Shown: positions 7,577 to 17,042, counted from the stretch's first letter. The stretch: 35,888 nucleotides of DNA from a virus (IMGVR_UViG_3300017653_000221:1-35888), one strand, 5' to 3'. A program made the numbers and translations. The notes: generated by a model from the sequence alone, not told the origin.

Positions 7577-8550
7577 TGCAATACACCTCCTCGATAGTTA
7601 TTGAACGCCCTGGCAGAAGCCAAGTGCTGTATTAAAATTCTAACATAATCTTTTTGTTTGAGAAGATAGTTCTTGTGTTCTGATATCTGTTCTTTTTTAT
7701 TTTCGAACCATACATCTGGTATTTGAGCAAACCAAGTATCGATAAGAGGCTCGTTTATTGCCTCGATTCTTTCAACAACCTCAAGGAAGGAGTGAATCTC
7801 GGGGTTGGTTAAATCTACGTACCCCTCGATTGATTTAAAAATCTCACCTAGGCCACTAAATGTTTGCCCGCCTTGATCGCTGACCTTTAAGAACATATTC
7901 AAATGAAAGGGTAAATATGTTCTATGATCATTTACAGCTCTTAGTATGTTTCTTTTATTGATTTCCCATACTGGACCCCAAAACGCGTGACCATGGTCAA
8001 TTACGTAAACATTGCGTCCATTTGAATTTGAAGCAACCAGTAGATTTCCATCATTAGTAAAACGATCGAAATTTGCAACTAGAAGATCCATAGCAATTAT
8101 TCTTGGAATGGCATCGCCATTTGATATCCTTGAGAAAAATGCATTCCAAGAACGGCGGACATAAGGCTTATTCATAGCAATCAATTTCTGATAACCATTC
8201 AAGAGGTTTGACTCATTACCTTCGATTTCTTTCGAAGCAAACAACAGACCATCGTGGAATCGATGGACAAATAAAAGTGATGGACCGTGATCTATATGCT
8301 CCTTCTCAACATGCGCAATGGCAACGTCAGGAATCGGAACATCCAAATACTTAGCGATTTGGTAGACCAGCATCTCGTTTAAGAACATGCAGTTATAAAC
8401 TTTACGTACTCCATTCTCGACAACATGCTGCGTTTTCAAAATATATTTCTTGGAATCACTTCCCAATATTAGTGCCGGGGCACTAACTCCTTGACCAAGT
8501 TGCTTCAAAAAGGTATTAACTTCGATACGAGGCACTGGTACGGACGTCAT
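7546..8550 (-). CDS. HipA-like (HipA_2) Ser/Thr kinase
   Basis: KYILK, NEMLVYQIAKYLDVPIP, NFDRFTNDGNLL catalytic loop, IDHGHAF; AGGAGG RBS. Confidence 0.85.
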   Translation of the reverse strand: MTSVPVPRIEVNTFLKQLGQGVSAPALILGSDSKKYILKTQHVVENGVRKVYNCMFLNEMLVYQIAKYLDVPIPDVAIAHVEKEHIDHGPSLLFVHRFHDGLLFASKEIEGNESNLLNGYQKLIAMNKPYVRRSWNAFFSRISNGDAIPRIIAMDLLVANFDRFTNDGNLLVASNSNGRNVYVIDHGHAFWGPVWEINKRNILRAVNDHRTYLPFHLNMFLKVSDQGGQTFSGLGEIFKSIEGYVDLTNPEIHSFLEVVERIEAINEPLIDTWFAQIPDVWFENKKEQISEHKNYLLKQKDYVRILIQHLASARAFNNYRGGVLQWNGRSAGTV

Positions 8551-8647
8551 AAAAATGCCCCTCCTATCCATCTTGTCCAGTTCCAGTAAATTTTACACAA
8601 TTTCACATATCTAGTCATTACCTTTTTCCTAATTATTTTGAAACTTC

Positions 8648-8836
8648 ACCAACCACGCCCACACCCGCTTTCCTCCGACCACCGCGAAGCCTGCTCTGAT
8701 CGAAACAAAAAATCCCTCCCCCGTAGATCGGAAGGAGGGTTATCATCATTGTTTCTTACGTAGATACGCATATCCCGCCTTTACCAACCATGCCCACGCC
8801 TGCTTGCCTCCAATTACTGCGAAGCCTGCTCTGATC
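8648..8836. repeat. 54-bp imperfect direct repeat (8648-8701 and 8783-8836, 8 mismatches)
   Basis: accaaccacgcccacacccgctttcctccgaccaccgcgaagcctgctctgatc versus accaaccatgcccacgcctgcttgcctccaattactgcgaagcctgctctgatc. Confidence 0.9.
8706..8741 (-). terminator. Late-operon terminator
   Basis: CCCTCC...GGAGGG stem followed by T-run on the minus strand. Confidence 0.65.
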
Positions 8837-9048
8837 CGCGCAGGTAGTTTATCGTAGCAGTCGATCACGTGCCGTTCTCGTTTATTCAGATGCTCAATAG
8901 CCATTGGATAGCGTTGCTCTACCTCGCGCATAAATGCGGCCATCTTCGGGAACAGATCGGCTGCCATTCCAGCGACAACAAAAAAGAGCAGGGCCATTAC
9001 CGGCCACCACTCCTGGAGAAATATCATAGTTTGTGTGAACCAGTCCAT
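8746..9048 (-). CDS. Membrane-anchored protein after endolysin (lysis accessory?)
   Basis: N-terminal TM helix; coupled to the endolysin stop. Confidence 0.65.
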   Translation of the reverse strand: MDWFTQTMIFLQEWWPVMALLFFVVAGMAADLFPKMAAFMREVEQRYPMAIEHLNKRERHVIDCYDKLPARIRAGFAVIGGKQAWAWLVKAGYAYLRKKQ

Positions 9049-9049
9049 G

Positions 9050-9892
9050 CTACAGTTCTCCTTTCAGTGTTACGGTTTTAGTAGTACCTTCCCATCCAAC
9101 TTGCAGACCGAGAACTGCTGCCAGATCACGTGCCGGAGCATAAGAAACTCCATTTTCATTCAGGACTGTTAATTCCTTGCCGTTCACAGTGACTTTCTTG
9201 GTAGTAGGATCCCAATCAACAGTTGCGCCAACTGCTTCTGCTATTTCACGCACCCGAAGGTACGATACACCTCCTGCCAGCAAGCCAGAGGTATTCAGTG
9301 ATAGCTGCACCCGACAGATATCCACAGACTCGTTTGATTTTTGTGGATTTTCTGTGAGTAATCTATGCACGTCATCCTTGAACTTGGCCCAAGCCTGTGC
9401 TGCAGTCAGCCCAGTGAATCGTCGGGCAAAGTCATCAGATACGAAATAAGCTGGACAGTTCTTGCCTGTGATGTCGAAGTGACGCCATAGCTTATCCACG
9501 CCCCACCCGTAACGTTTGAGGATGTCGGCAGTCAACTCCAGGGTTCTCTGGTACATCGCATGGAAATCGGCATCTTGATTGACGCACATCTCAATGCCGA
9601 TTGTGCAGTTGTTTGGGTAGGAGCTGAGTTTCTGTAGCGCCCCCGGCTTGTACGATTTTGCACCTACGTGGTAGCCCATTTCGTTTTCCGGCAGACATCG
9701 GATGATCTGTTTGTCATCTACGATGTAGTGCGCGCTTGCAACGGTAGTAGGATTGTTGAAGTAGTTCCTGTTGGCTGCAGCATTGGCACCTGCCCTCTCG
9801 TTTGCGGTCCAGTGTATAACAAGGCCCCGGGGTGTAATCTTCGTCCCGGGGCGCGCGTTTTTATTCGTCAGAAGCATATCTGTGATTTGCAT
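9050..9892 (-). CDS. Endolysin, N-acetylmuramoyl-L-alanine amidase (Amidase_2) with C-terminal binding domain
   Basis: VIHWTAN, SAHYIVDD, YHVG, IGIEMC, RHFDITGKNCP; start MQITD after GGAG. Confidence 0.92.
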   Translation of the reverse strand: MQITDMLLTNKNARPGTKITPRGLVIHWTANERAGANAAANRNYFNNPTTVASAHYIVDDKQIIRCLPENEMGYHVGAKSYKPGALQKLSSYPNNCTIGIEMCVNQDADFHAMYQRTLELTADILKRYGWGVDKLWRHFDITGKNCPAYFVSDDFARRFTGLTAAQAWAKFKDDVHRLLTENPQKSNESVDICRVQLSLNTSGLLAGGVSYLRVREIAEAVGATVDWDPTTKKVTVNGKELTVLNENGVSYAPARDLAAVLGLQVGWEGTTKTVTLKGEL

Positions 9893-9893
9893 G

Positions 9894-10352
9894 TTACTTC
9901 GACTCCTTCCTTGCAGCTCGCTCAGCCTTGGCTTTGATTTCGGATCCAACGAGCTTCTCAATTGCTTCTGGCATCGGCCATCCCGCACGATGAGCATTGG
10001 CTGTCAGGCTTGTCCAGGTATGGTACATGAGTCCGAATGTAACGCCGTAAAATAGGAAGCCTGGAGTACCCATTACCCGGTCGAGCAAGTTGGCCAGCGC
10101 GGGAAGTGCTATAAGAAACAATGTTCGTGGAATCCGGCTCAACCCGTACTCTGAAGAGTAGGTCTGGTCCTTTTTCGAGGCAAACACACCTGTCAGCCAA
10201 TCGAGTGCGATCATAACCAGCAGGACGACCAAAATATCGCGACGTTCACTGCCGTAAAGATAATGCAGGATTGGGGACAGTACAGCCCCAAAAGTTGCCG
10301 CCCACCCGTTCGCTGGGGTCGCGACGTTCTCTAAACTCTGTAAAAATTTCAT
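9894..10352 (-). CDS. Phage holin (holin_4-like)
   Basis: ALDWLTGV motif, multiple TM helices, directly upstream of the amidase. Confidence 0.88.
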   Translation of the reverse strand: MKFLQSLENVATPANGWAATFGAVLSPILHYLYGSERRDILVVLLVMIALDWLTGVFASKKDQTYSSEYGLSRIPRTLFLIALPALANLLDRVMGTPGFLFYGVTFGLMYHTWTSLTANAHRAGWPMPEAIEKLVGSEIKAKAERAARKESK

Positions 10353-10465
10353 GCGCTCATCTTCCTCCTCACCCCCTGGGGGCAGAAAATGCCCCGGTCG
10401 GATCGGGGCGGGCTGTCAGTAGTCTTGTTGCATGAAAAAACGCATCTTCCGGTTGGGAATGCGCT

Positions 10466-10597
10466 TTACTGTGCCAACTCAGGATAGCCAAGCAATTCAA
10501 GTTGGCGTTTTACCTCGGGTTGAATTTTCGTAGGCACTTGCGAGTATGTCTTATCGCCTTCGATGATGAGGCAGACATAGATTGTTGCAATCGCCAT
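10466..10597 (-). CDS. CD1375-like small phage protein
   Basis: MAIATIYVCLIIEGDKTYSQVPTKIQPEVKRQL; GAGGTG RBS. Confidence 0.75.
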   Translation of the reverse strand: MAIATIYVCLIIEGDKTYSQVPTKIQPEVKRQLELLGYPELAQ

Positions 10598-10658
10598 GGA
10601 TTTTTCACCTCCCCTCATCGAGAGTAGAAGCCACAATAAAAACGCCTCTGCAGCTCGC

Positions 10659-10781
10659 TTAATCATCTGCATTTGCGTCTAGCAGCACCTGGACTTCAGC
10701 GCGAATTTTTTGCGGTACTTGGTCGATGGTTTTGAGTCCATCTCTGATCAGATCGTAATAAATCGGTGTCATTGGATGCAC
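10659..10781 (-). CDS. Second CD1375-like small protein (not in ORF track)
   Basis: MHPMTPIYYDLIRDGLKTIDQVPQKIRAEVQVLL; GGAGG RBS. Confidence 0.75.
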   Translation of the reverse strand: MHPMTPIYYDLIRDGLKTIDQVPQKIRAEVQVLLDANADD

Positions 10782-11038
10782 TACAGGGTTCCTCCTTCGT
10801 CAGGTAGCAGCGGCAGTAGCATTTCGTATAGTTCAGTCATTGCCAACATGACATTTCTACTTTTCTCTTCTAGTGCGAGGTTTTGTTCATACATATCAGT
10901 CATTGCCAGCATGAGGTTTCGCTTGTCTTCGGTGAGTTGGACTATACGCTGCTGCAACGCTTCTTTTTCCTGTTCAAGAGCCTCTCTTTCCGCCTGGACC
11001 TCACTGACAGGCCGCTCTCTAGAAAACTGTACATTCAA
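10781..11038 (-). CDS. Coiled-coil tail-associated protein
   Basis: Heptad pattern, internal repeat NLMLAMTDMYE/NVMLAMTELYE. Confidence 0.7.
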   Translation of the reverse strand: MNVQFSRERPVSEVQAEREALEQEKEALQQRIVQLTEDKRNLMLAMTDMYEQNLALEEKSRNVMLAMTELYEMLLPLLPDEGGTL

Positions 11039-12030
11039 TCAAACGCACCTCCTACACCTTTCAGATGGATCGGTGAGATAGCAGTTCCTTTCTCAATCCT
11101 GATGCGGAAATTGATTCCCCACTTCTCTGCTGTTTTTTGCATATTATCAAACAAATGCGCTCGCCCCATCTTTGTCACTGCTGTTGCGTCCTCATAGGTT
11201 GGAGCAACATCGTAGGCATTATTGGTCACCTCAACCAGTACGTTCGCACCTGGAGGAAGATCCCACACAGGAGAAACTAATATCCGTTTCGCCGCCACGT
11301 CTGTAGTGAACTTCTCTCGGATCGCCGGGTCCAGCGTGGCATAATTCATCCCGTTAAAGATGATCTTGTCCACAAATCTGGTTAGGGTGTATGTCCGTGT
11401 AGACGTCATGTTTTGGTTGTCGGTCGCCTCGATTGTCAGGGTGTGCTGTACACTGGGTTCAAGCCGCAGCCACTTGTCTTTGGGTATGGTCAGGTTCTCC
11501 TGTCTGCCGGCCACTCCAGGATATGAACGGATCACCTGCCCGTTTATTTTCTCTGTTACCGTGAAAGGATTGTTTTCAGGGTCAGTAACGCTGTACGTGA
11601 CCTCGGGCGGCGCTTCCATGATACCCAGATTACGGTCCTGGTCACTGATCACTGGCGGTCGGTTCCAGATTACGCGGAATTTCCTTGTAACCTCTGCACT
11701 CTTTCCGCCTTGGTCGTCCTCTGCCCAAACTGTGAGGGTATGGTCGGTGTTTTCCGCCAGATCCGCACCAATCACATCCGTTTGACCATCCCAAATTCGC
11801 TTATTGCGGTAGGTCAGTGCGCGGGCAAAAGAAAGAGGACTGTTGCCATCCGATACGCCGGAGGCGATAGCCCTCGTTGTTCCGCTATTGATTTTGTATT
11901 TTACGGTGAGGACGTTGCCTGGGTCCGTGTCGGAAGCACTGCCCTCGATCTGGTAGCTGCTGCCCTCCGATAATGTCTGATTATCGGCTGGTGAGGAAAG
12001 GGCTATTGTCGGGTCATTGTTATTCATCAA
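11035..12030 (-). CDS. Ig-like-domain tail/fibre protein, probably the C-terminal part of a frameshifted gene
   Basis: NNDPTIALSSPAD, HTLTVWAED, NRPPVIS, HTLTIEATD Ig-like repeats; no RBS before the start. Confidence 0.7.
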   Translation of the reverse strand: MMNNNDPTIALSSPADNQTLSEGSSYQIEGSASDTDPGNVLTVKYKINSGTTRAIASGVSDGNSPLSFARALTYRNKRIWDGQTDVIGADLAENTDHTLTVWAEDDQGGKSAEVTRKFRVIWNRPPVISDQDRNLGIMEAPPEVTYSVTDPENNPFTVTEKINGQVIRSYPGVAGRQENLTIPKDKWLRLEPSVQHTLTIEATDNQNMTSTRTYTLTRFVDKIIFNGMNYATLDPAIREKFTTDVAAKRILVSPVWDLPPGANVLVEVTNNAYDVAPTYEDATAVTKMGRAHLFDNMQKTAEKWGINFRIRIEKGTAISPIHLKGVGGAFD

Positions 12031-12454
12031 TTATCAAAGAAAAGCGAGAAATATACCCGTTGCTACTATTCGATAAAGTAAAAGAAATCCCGTCGACCGT
12101 CTTGTTGTATGGTAAACTTGGGCTGCCCGTTTTGATTGCTACATAGTCATAATTCGATCCATAGTCTCCTTTAACCCATAACCTTTTATTTACATTAGCT
12201 GATAAAATAACTGGATTGTTAAAATAAAAATCCTCATCCCTTGTTAGGTCGTACAAACTGTCACGGTTGAACGTCCTAGAAACAATTTCACCAGCAAAGT
12301 CTATAGTCACTTTTTTTGACACTGTTGTCTTGCCAACCCACACCCTGACTCTGACTCCTACTACTTTGATCTTTTTGTCGGACTTAATGTAAAAGCTGTG
12401 ATCATAATTGAAGCCTGGTTCTTCGGTATAAATCGGTAAAACTATTCTAGCCAT
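12020..12454 (-). CDS. AT-rich variable domain, probable N-terminal part of the tail/fibre protein
   Basis: GGGGGTGG RBS; beta-rich; overlaps the next ORF in the +1 frame. Confidence 0.6.
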   Translation of the reverse strand: MARIVLPIYTEEPGFNYDHSFYIKSDKKIKVVGVRVRVWVGKTTVSKKVTIDFAGEIVSRTFNRDSLYDLTRDEDFYFNNPVILSANVNKRLWVKGDYGSNYDYVAIKTGSPSLPYNKTVDGISFTLSNSSNGYISRFSLIIDE

Positions 12455-12510
12455 TCTTTCCACCCCCTATCGTAAATGGCCGTTATTTCGACTGTTTCCT
12501 GTTAATTCCA

Positions 12511-12789
12511 TCACTTGATCACCAGCCATCCGTTTTGTTCGTCCACCCAGCCTGCATCGATCGACAGGCCCGCAGTTGAGGAAAAGTCGAAGGTAAAGAG
12601 GTTATCGCGAAGATCGTTTGCAAGAGAGGCTTCCAGAGCTGCCACCCTAGTTTGCAGGCTTGCCACCGTGGGCTGCATGGTATCGATAGCGGTATGAGCA
12701 TCCGCAATGCCCTTTTCCCACCTGTTGACATCATCTTCTGTAATCTGGTCATCCGGCTGCCAGTTTAATTTTGGGTTGTATGTGCTCAA
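12511..12789 (-). CDS. Tail fibre-associated protein
   Basis: LNWQPDDQITEDDVNRWEKGI motif plus coiled coil; synteny. Confidence 0.7.
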   Translation of the reverse strand: MSTYNPKLNWQPDDQITEDDVNRWEKGIADAHTAIDTMQPTVASLQTRVAALEASLANDLRDNLFTFDFSSTAGLSIDAGWVDEQNGWLVIK

Positions 12790-13073
12790 ATCGACTCCCC
12801 TCCTTTGACCTCAAACTCAAACCGAAACTCCAAAAGCTGATCATCCGAAATTTCAACATTCGTGATTCTCTCTGTGATCAGGCCACCGTGCTCGTCCAGC
12901 AATTTGAGAGAGGTTATCTTTGTAATACCCTTTGCTCTCTGCGCAACAACCCGAACCATTCTTCCGTCTCTGCTGACACTTTTAATCTCAACAGTTTGGC
13001 TGTTTACGATGAGAGATCCGATGCGCTGTGATAGGTCTGCTGCTGCGCGTTCCAAATACGCATTATCAATCAC
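12786..13073 (-). CDS. Hypothetical baseplate/tail protein
   Basis: Coupled ORF in the baseplate cluster. Confidence 0.65.
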   Translation of the reverse strand: MIDNAYLERAAADLSQRIGSLIVNSQTVEIKSVSRDGRMVRVVAQRAKGITKITSLKLLDEHGGLITERITNVEISDDQLLEFRFEFEVKGGESI

Positions 13074-13645
13074 AGGACCACCTCGTTTTCGTATTTCAAC
13101 AGTCGCATTCCAATACGCAGCTCTCGAATTTTGTGGTATCTGCGCTGGTTGACCGTGATTTTATCCGTGATCTCGATCACATCTCGCGTCCATGGAGCAG
13201 CTACATACTCCATATTGGCTGGCTTTACACGATGGATAGTGCGCTCAGCTTCACGGAAAATTGCTGCATTTTGGATACTAGCTGCCAACGTGAGAATGAA
13301 GTTTTGTACATCCACTTCGATCTTTCCGCGCCCTACCCCAAACAGAAAATCGATCCTCTCCTGCAGGTAACGCTCGGTAAACGGCGGCTTCGTGGATAGT
13401 CGGTTGACAATCCGTTTTCTTCTGAATTCCAATGTCTCCGTGCTTGGATCTGCCTGTATTCGAAGCATCCGTTCCCATCTACGTACTGTTTCCTCCCTCG
13501 CCGTAAGCACAAACTGATCATTAAACAAATGTTCGATCGCATCTTTTACCTGCGTGATTTCCTGTTCGGATGTTGCCGTGAGTTCCTGAAATTCCCTGAT
13601 TTCGTGGTACGCCTCGGGGAGAAGCGCCAGTAGTTGGTTATCCAA
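13070..13645 (-). CDS. XkdU/DUF2313-like baseplate protein
   Basis: RRWERMLRI...ETLEFRRKRI, VKPANM; follows baseplate J. Confidence 0.8.
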   Translation of the reverse strand: MDNQLLALLPEAYHEIREFQELTATSEQEITQVKDAIEHLFNDQFVLTAREETVRRWERMLRIQADPSTETLEFRRKRIVNRLSTKPPFTERYLQERIDFLFGVGRGKIEVDVQNFILTLAASIQNAAIFREAERTIHRVKPANMEYVAAPWTRDVIEITDKITVNQRRYHKIRELRIGMRLLKYENEVVL

Positions 13646-14714
13646 GTGCGATCACCCCTAGTACCGGTATACTCTCGATACTCAGTGTCAGGTTGCTCGC
13701 TGTGCCATTTATGGTTGTGTCGACAATATCGACAACGCCTGTCACATTGAGTATCTTCGACTCAATCTGGCTGATACGGACGATGAGCTGTTCGTCGCTT
13801 TCCCAGTTTTTTCGGAGATCGAAGAGGTAATCTGCAATAACTTGCTCTATGTCGCCTTGTATTTGACCAATTGTTACGCCGATATCCAGTGTCAAGGTAG
13901 TGCTGATATCAACTTCGACCGGGCCTACACCCGCGATCGTGACGCGGTGTCCGATCGGCGCTAGTCCTATGCCTAGACCGCTAAAAAGAACAGGGTCTAT
14001 GGCGGCTTGTATCTCATCGATCAGTTCCGTCGATGGTTGTCCGTAGTCACTTGCGATTATGGTGCACTTTACTGTCCCGCCACCTTGCCAAACCGGAAAT
14101 ACTTTTGTGCCACCTACCCCAGGAATTCCATTGATCTTCCGCTTGTAGTCTGCAATATTTCCGCCAAAAGGCTGCTCATTAATCGCTGTCAGGTAGCGTT
14201 TCCGCAGAGATTCGTCTGATTCTTCATCTTCACCCGGGGTTAATACATCTGCCAATTCAGCGCGGACTAGACCGTCGATATGGTCGATGGGTATCAGCGG
14301 CCCGAATTGTTGATTACCGACGATCCCAGGTGATTCACACTCAAGGATAAACTGACCTTGTGTCATCCGCTCAATTACTTTGTAGTTCTGATCGTCCAAC
14401 GAAAATCTGCTCCCAATGGGAACATCCAAAGGACTGTTTTCTCTTCCGAAAAATACGCCCTTCCGTTTTGCTATTGTAGCCGGTTCCCGTGTCACTCCAT
14501 ATTCCGACGTTCTGCGTCCCAGGTACTCCCCACTAGAGGTATCTGCAAACGACAGGTTCCGGTTGATATCCAACTCACGGTACATTTGCACAAGCTCGAC
14601 GGCTGCAGGGGCCAATGCATCATATATGATAGAGCCTTGTCGCTTGTCTACGTCATCGGGTACACGCGCAAGCATTCGCTCCATGACCGTTTCAAATGTC
14701 TGATGTTCATACAC
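13638..14714 (-). CDS. Baseplate J-like protein (XkdT-like)
   Basis: DKRQGSIIYDALAP, GEDEESDESLR, FGGNIADY, APIGHRVT. Confidence 0.9.
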   Translation of the reverse strand: MYEHQTFETVMERMLARVPDDVDKRQGSIIYDALAPAAVELVQMYRELDINRNLSFADTSSGEYLGRRTSEYGVTREPATIAKRKGVFFGRENSPLDVPIGSRFSLDDQNYKVIERMTQGQFILECESPGIVGNQQFGPLIPIDHIDGLVRAELADVLTPGEDEESDESLRKRYLTAINEQPFGGNIADYKRKINGIPGVGGTKVFPVWQGGGTVKCTIIASDYGQPSTELIDEIQAAIDPVLFSGLGIGLAPIGHRVTIAGVGPVEVDISTTLTLDIGVTIGQIQGDIEQVIADYLFDLRKNWESDEQLIVRISQIESKILNVTGVVDIVDTTINGTASNLTLSIESIPVLGVIALG

Positions 14715-15114
14715 GTCGCATCACCTCTCTTTCCGCTCGGAAATCACCAAACTTTGTTACAACCGTAAACTCCGCCAACAAGCTGTCACCGTTGATGGTT
14801 ACCACCATATTTTCGATTCTGAGGATTCGGTCATCTTGCTTCAGTGCCTCGGTTATGCGTCGTGTCAGTTCCGATTCGATAAACAGCGGATTGGAGCCAA
14901 CCAAGCGGTCTAGTTCCACGCCATAATTAAAATCATAGATCAGGTACCAGAAGCGCTCCGTTCGTAGGATCTTATAGACAGCCTGCTTCACTGCATCCAA
15001 CCCATCCACCATGCCGCGCACGCGCTTATTAATAAGATCAATTCTGTACGTCCTGCTAGGCTGCTGTGTTTCCTCAATTCCGGAGTTAACCAACGCCGTT
15101 CCTTGTGGTATCAC
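14707..15114 (-). CDS. XkdS/DUF2634-like baseplate protein
   Basis: DGLDAVKQAVYKILRTERF...YGVEL. Confidence 0.85.
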   Translation of the reverse strand: MIPQGTALVNSGIEETQQPSRTYRIDLINKRVRGMVDGLDAVKQAVYKILRTERFWYLIYDFNYGVELDRLVGSNPLFIESELTRRITEALKQDDRILRIENMVVTINGDSLLAEFTVVTKFGDFRAEREVMRRV

Positions 15115-15395
15115 TTCTCCACCACCCTGTCTAAAACAAGATATTGTTGGCCACCTTGAGCGCGCACCAGGATAACGATATCCCCTACCCGAAGTCCGCG
15201 CCTGATGATTGTTTCTCCGACACGTAGTTCCTTTGTTGCCTCTGTAAGGATTAAAAAATCCGCTGTCAGCGTGAATCGTTGATCGACGTTCACTTCCAGC
15301 GGATATGTTTGCATGATTTCGCCAAACAAGATGGTAACTGGGTTGGATGCAGCGACGGCTTCAATAGCAGCTTGCTTGATCGCGTTAAGCATCAT
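15111..15395 (-). CDS. XkdR/DUF2577-like protein
   Basis: GLRVGDIVILVRAQGGQQYLVLDR. Confidence 0.85.
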   Translation of the reverse strand: MMLNAIKQAAIEAVAASNPVTILFGEIMQTYPLEVNVDQRFTLTADFLILTEATKELRVGETIIRRGLRVGDIVILVRAQGGQQYLVLDRVVEK

Positions 15396-16360
15396 ATCAC
15401 CTTCAGTTCAAGGCTCATTGTGTGATCGGCACCGTCAAAGAAATGTGTGCACTCGTTCACCAGGAATGGCTGATTTACGCCAAACTCTTCGATTACGATT
15501 GGAACATAGCAGCCTGCCCTCACCCGGACGTCGCCGATTGCATCGATTCTCAGCGATTTTGTCTCTTTGTTCTTCAAGGACATTAGTTGCCGAAGCAACT
15601 GATTGATCTGGGCCTCATTCTTGTTTTCGTCAACCGACTGGTAAAGCTGCAGGACACCCCACTTTGCAATATTGGCACTGTCTTGGGCTTGATAGACCTC
15701 TCTCTTACCCGTTTCCTTGTTGTCCTTTACAAGTTTGATCATGTTGAAAGTGTCACTATCGATGGACACCTTTGACCTGTAGTCGTACATCAAGCTGCCA
15801 TCTCCGATGTAAAAGTCAACGAGCAAGTCCTTCACGTTACGCAGGGAAAGATAGCCAAAGTCATCGAAAAGGACAAAGTGCTGCTGGCTGTTCCAGAGAG
15901 TCAGTACGATAGCTTTGTCGATGATGTCCAGGAGTGTTTGGCTGTCCTCTACCTTAGTCGGAATGACGTATCCGGTATCGTCTAACCTGCCTGTTCGCAG
16001 GTTAAAGTCATCCGCGATCTGCTTTAGTACCTGAGTTGCGGTTACCTCCTTAAAGACATATGTGTCTTTGTTGAGCAGGTACCTGATCTGGTCAAATGCT
16101 TGAACCCTCACAGCCTCGTCCTTACCGCTGTCTACTGAAAAGATGTAGCCATAAAACACATTGCGGTCATTGAAACGAAAACGAACGACATCACCATTTG
16201 AGAAGGAAAACTCTTTAGTCTGATAGATGCCGTTTTTAATTAGTGTGAAGTCAAGGCTACCCGGCTTCCCGAGTCTGCTTGTCTTCCAGGATAGGCCTGA
16301 TACGATCTGTGACACATCCCACACCTTGCCATTTTTGTTATCAATCAGGATTTCAAGCAA
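15392..16360 (-). CDS. XkdQ/YqbQ-like baseplate hub protein
   Basis: AFDQIRYL, DSANIAKWGVLQ; synteny. Confidence 0.85.
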   Translation of the reverse strand: MLEILIDNKNGKVWDVSQIVSGLSWKTSRLGKPGSLDFTLIKNGIYQTKEFSFSNGDVVRFRFNDRNVFYGYIFSVDSGKDEAVRVQAFDQIRYLLNKDTYVFKEVTATQVLKQIADDFNLRTGRLDDTGYVIPTKVEDSQTLLDIIDKAIVLTLWNSQQHFVLFDDFGYLSLRNVKDLLVDFYIGDGSLMYDYRSKVSIDSDTFNMIKLVKDNKETGKREVYQAQDSANIAKWGVLQLYQSVDENKNEAQINQLLRQLMSLKNKETKSLRIDAIGDVRVRAGCYVPIVIEEFGVNQPFLVNECTHFFDGADHTMSLELKVI

Positions 16361-17042
16361 GCGCCCTCACCTCTGGTAGCCTTAATTCCATACCCACAGG
16401 CAGGTTCTTTACCTGATCGTCTGTGAGGCCGTTTAAGCGTTGGATCTCAGTGACGTATTGGTCACTACCCAATTCCTTCTTGGAGACTTTCCAGAGGGTA
16501 TCTCCAGCCAGCAGTTTATACGTTTTCGGCGGCTGCCTGTCGTTCGGTCGTGGCGGCGCTTCTTTTCGAATGACAGGCGTGGACTCAGTAGCAGTTGAAG
16601 GGGCCACCGTCACGCGCTGAGCTGCGTAAAAAAAGTACCTTTTCAAGCTGAGAGTGTATTCGATGTCACCGCCGGATCCCGCTACCTCTTTCCACTGGAA
16701 ACTTTCAATGCTTGCCGGAGTGTTGATGTCAAAACTTGCCCCCGTAAAAACAAAACGGATGGGCCGCTTGGTGTCCATCCACTTCTCCAAGTATTCAACG
16801 TATTGCCTTGGTTCTAGCAGCAGATCAGTTGCCATGAAGGGGTAGTATTGCGCCGGAAAATAGCTACTGAACGAGTACGTCGTTAACTTCCGATCCTTGA
16901 TGACGTTGATCTCACCCAATCCAGCTACATCGTATGTTTTCGACTTGTTGCCGTCACCCATTTCGATGCTGGCCGGGTTAATCGGGATTTGAAAGCCTTC
17001 TTCTTGGTTGTTAAAAGAGAGCCAAATGCCGTAGTCAGCCAT
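16353..17042 (-). CDS. XkdP-like LysM protein
   Basis: IPINPASI N-terminus, YKLLAGDTLWKVSKK LysM; start MADYG after GGAGG. Confidence 0.85.
   Translation of the reverse strand: MADYGIWLSFNNQEEGFQIPINPASIEMGDGNKSKTYDVAGLGEINVIKDRKLTTYSFSSYFPAQYYPFMATDLLLEPRQYVEYLEKWMDTKRPIRFVFTGASFDINTPASIESFQWKEVAGSGGDIEYTLSLKRYFFYAAQRVTVAPSTATESTPVIRKEAPPRPNDRQPPKTYKLLAGDTLWKVSKKELGSDQYVTEIQRLNGLTDDQVKNLPVGMELRLPEVRALA

Noticed and set aside
8648-8836. DGR template/variable repeat pair
   Set aside because: Three of eight mismatches are not at adenines, changes are mostly synonymous or conservative, and no reverse transcriptase is in the window
9893-9997. Extended endolysin N-terminus
   Set aside because: Overlaps the holin; the RBS supports the ATG at 9892
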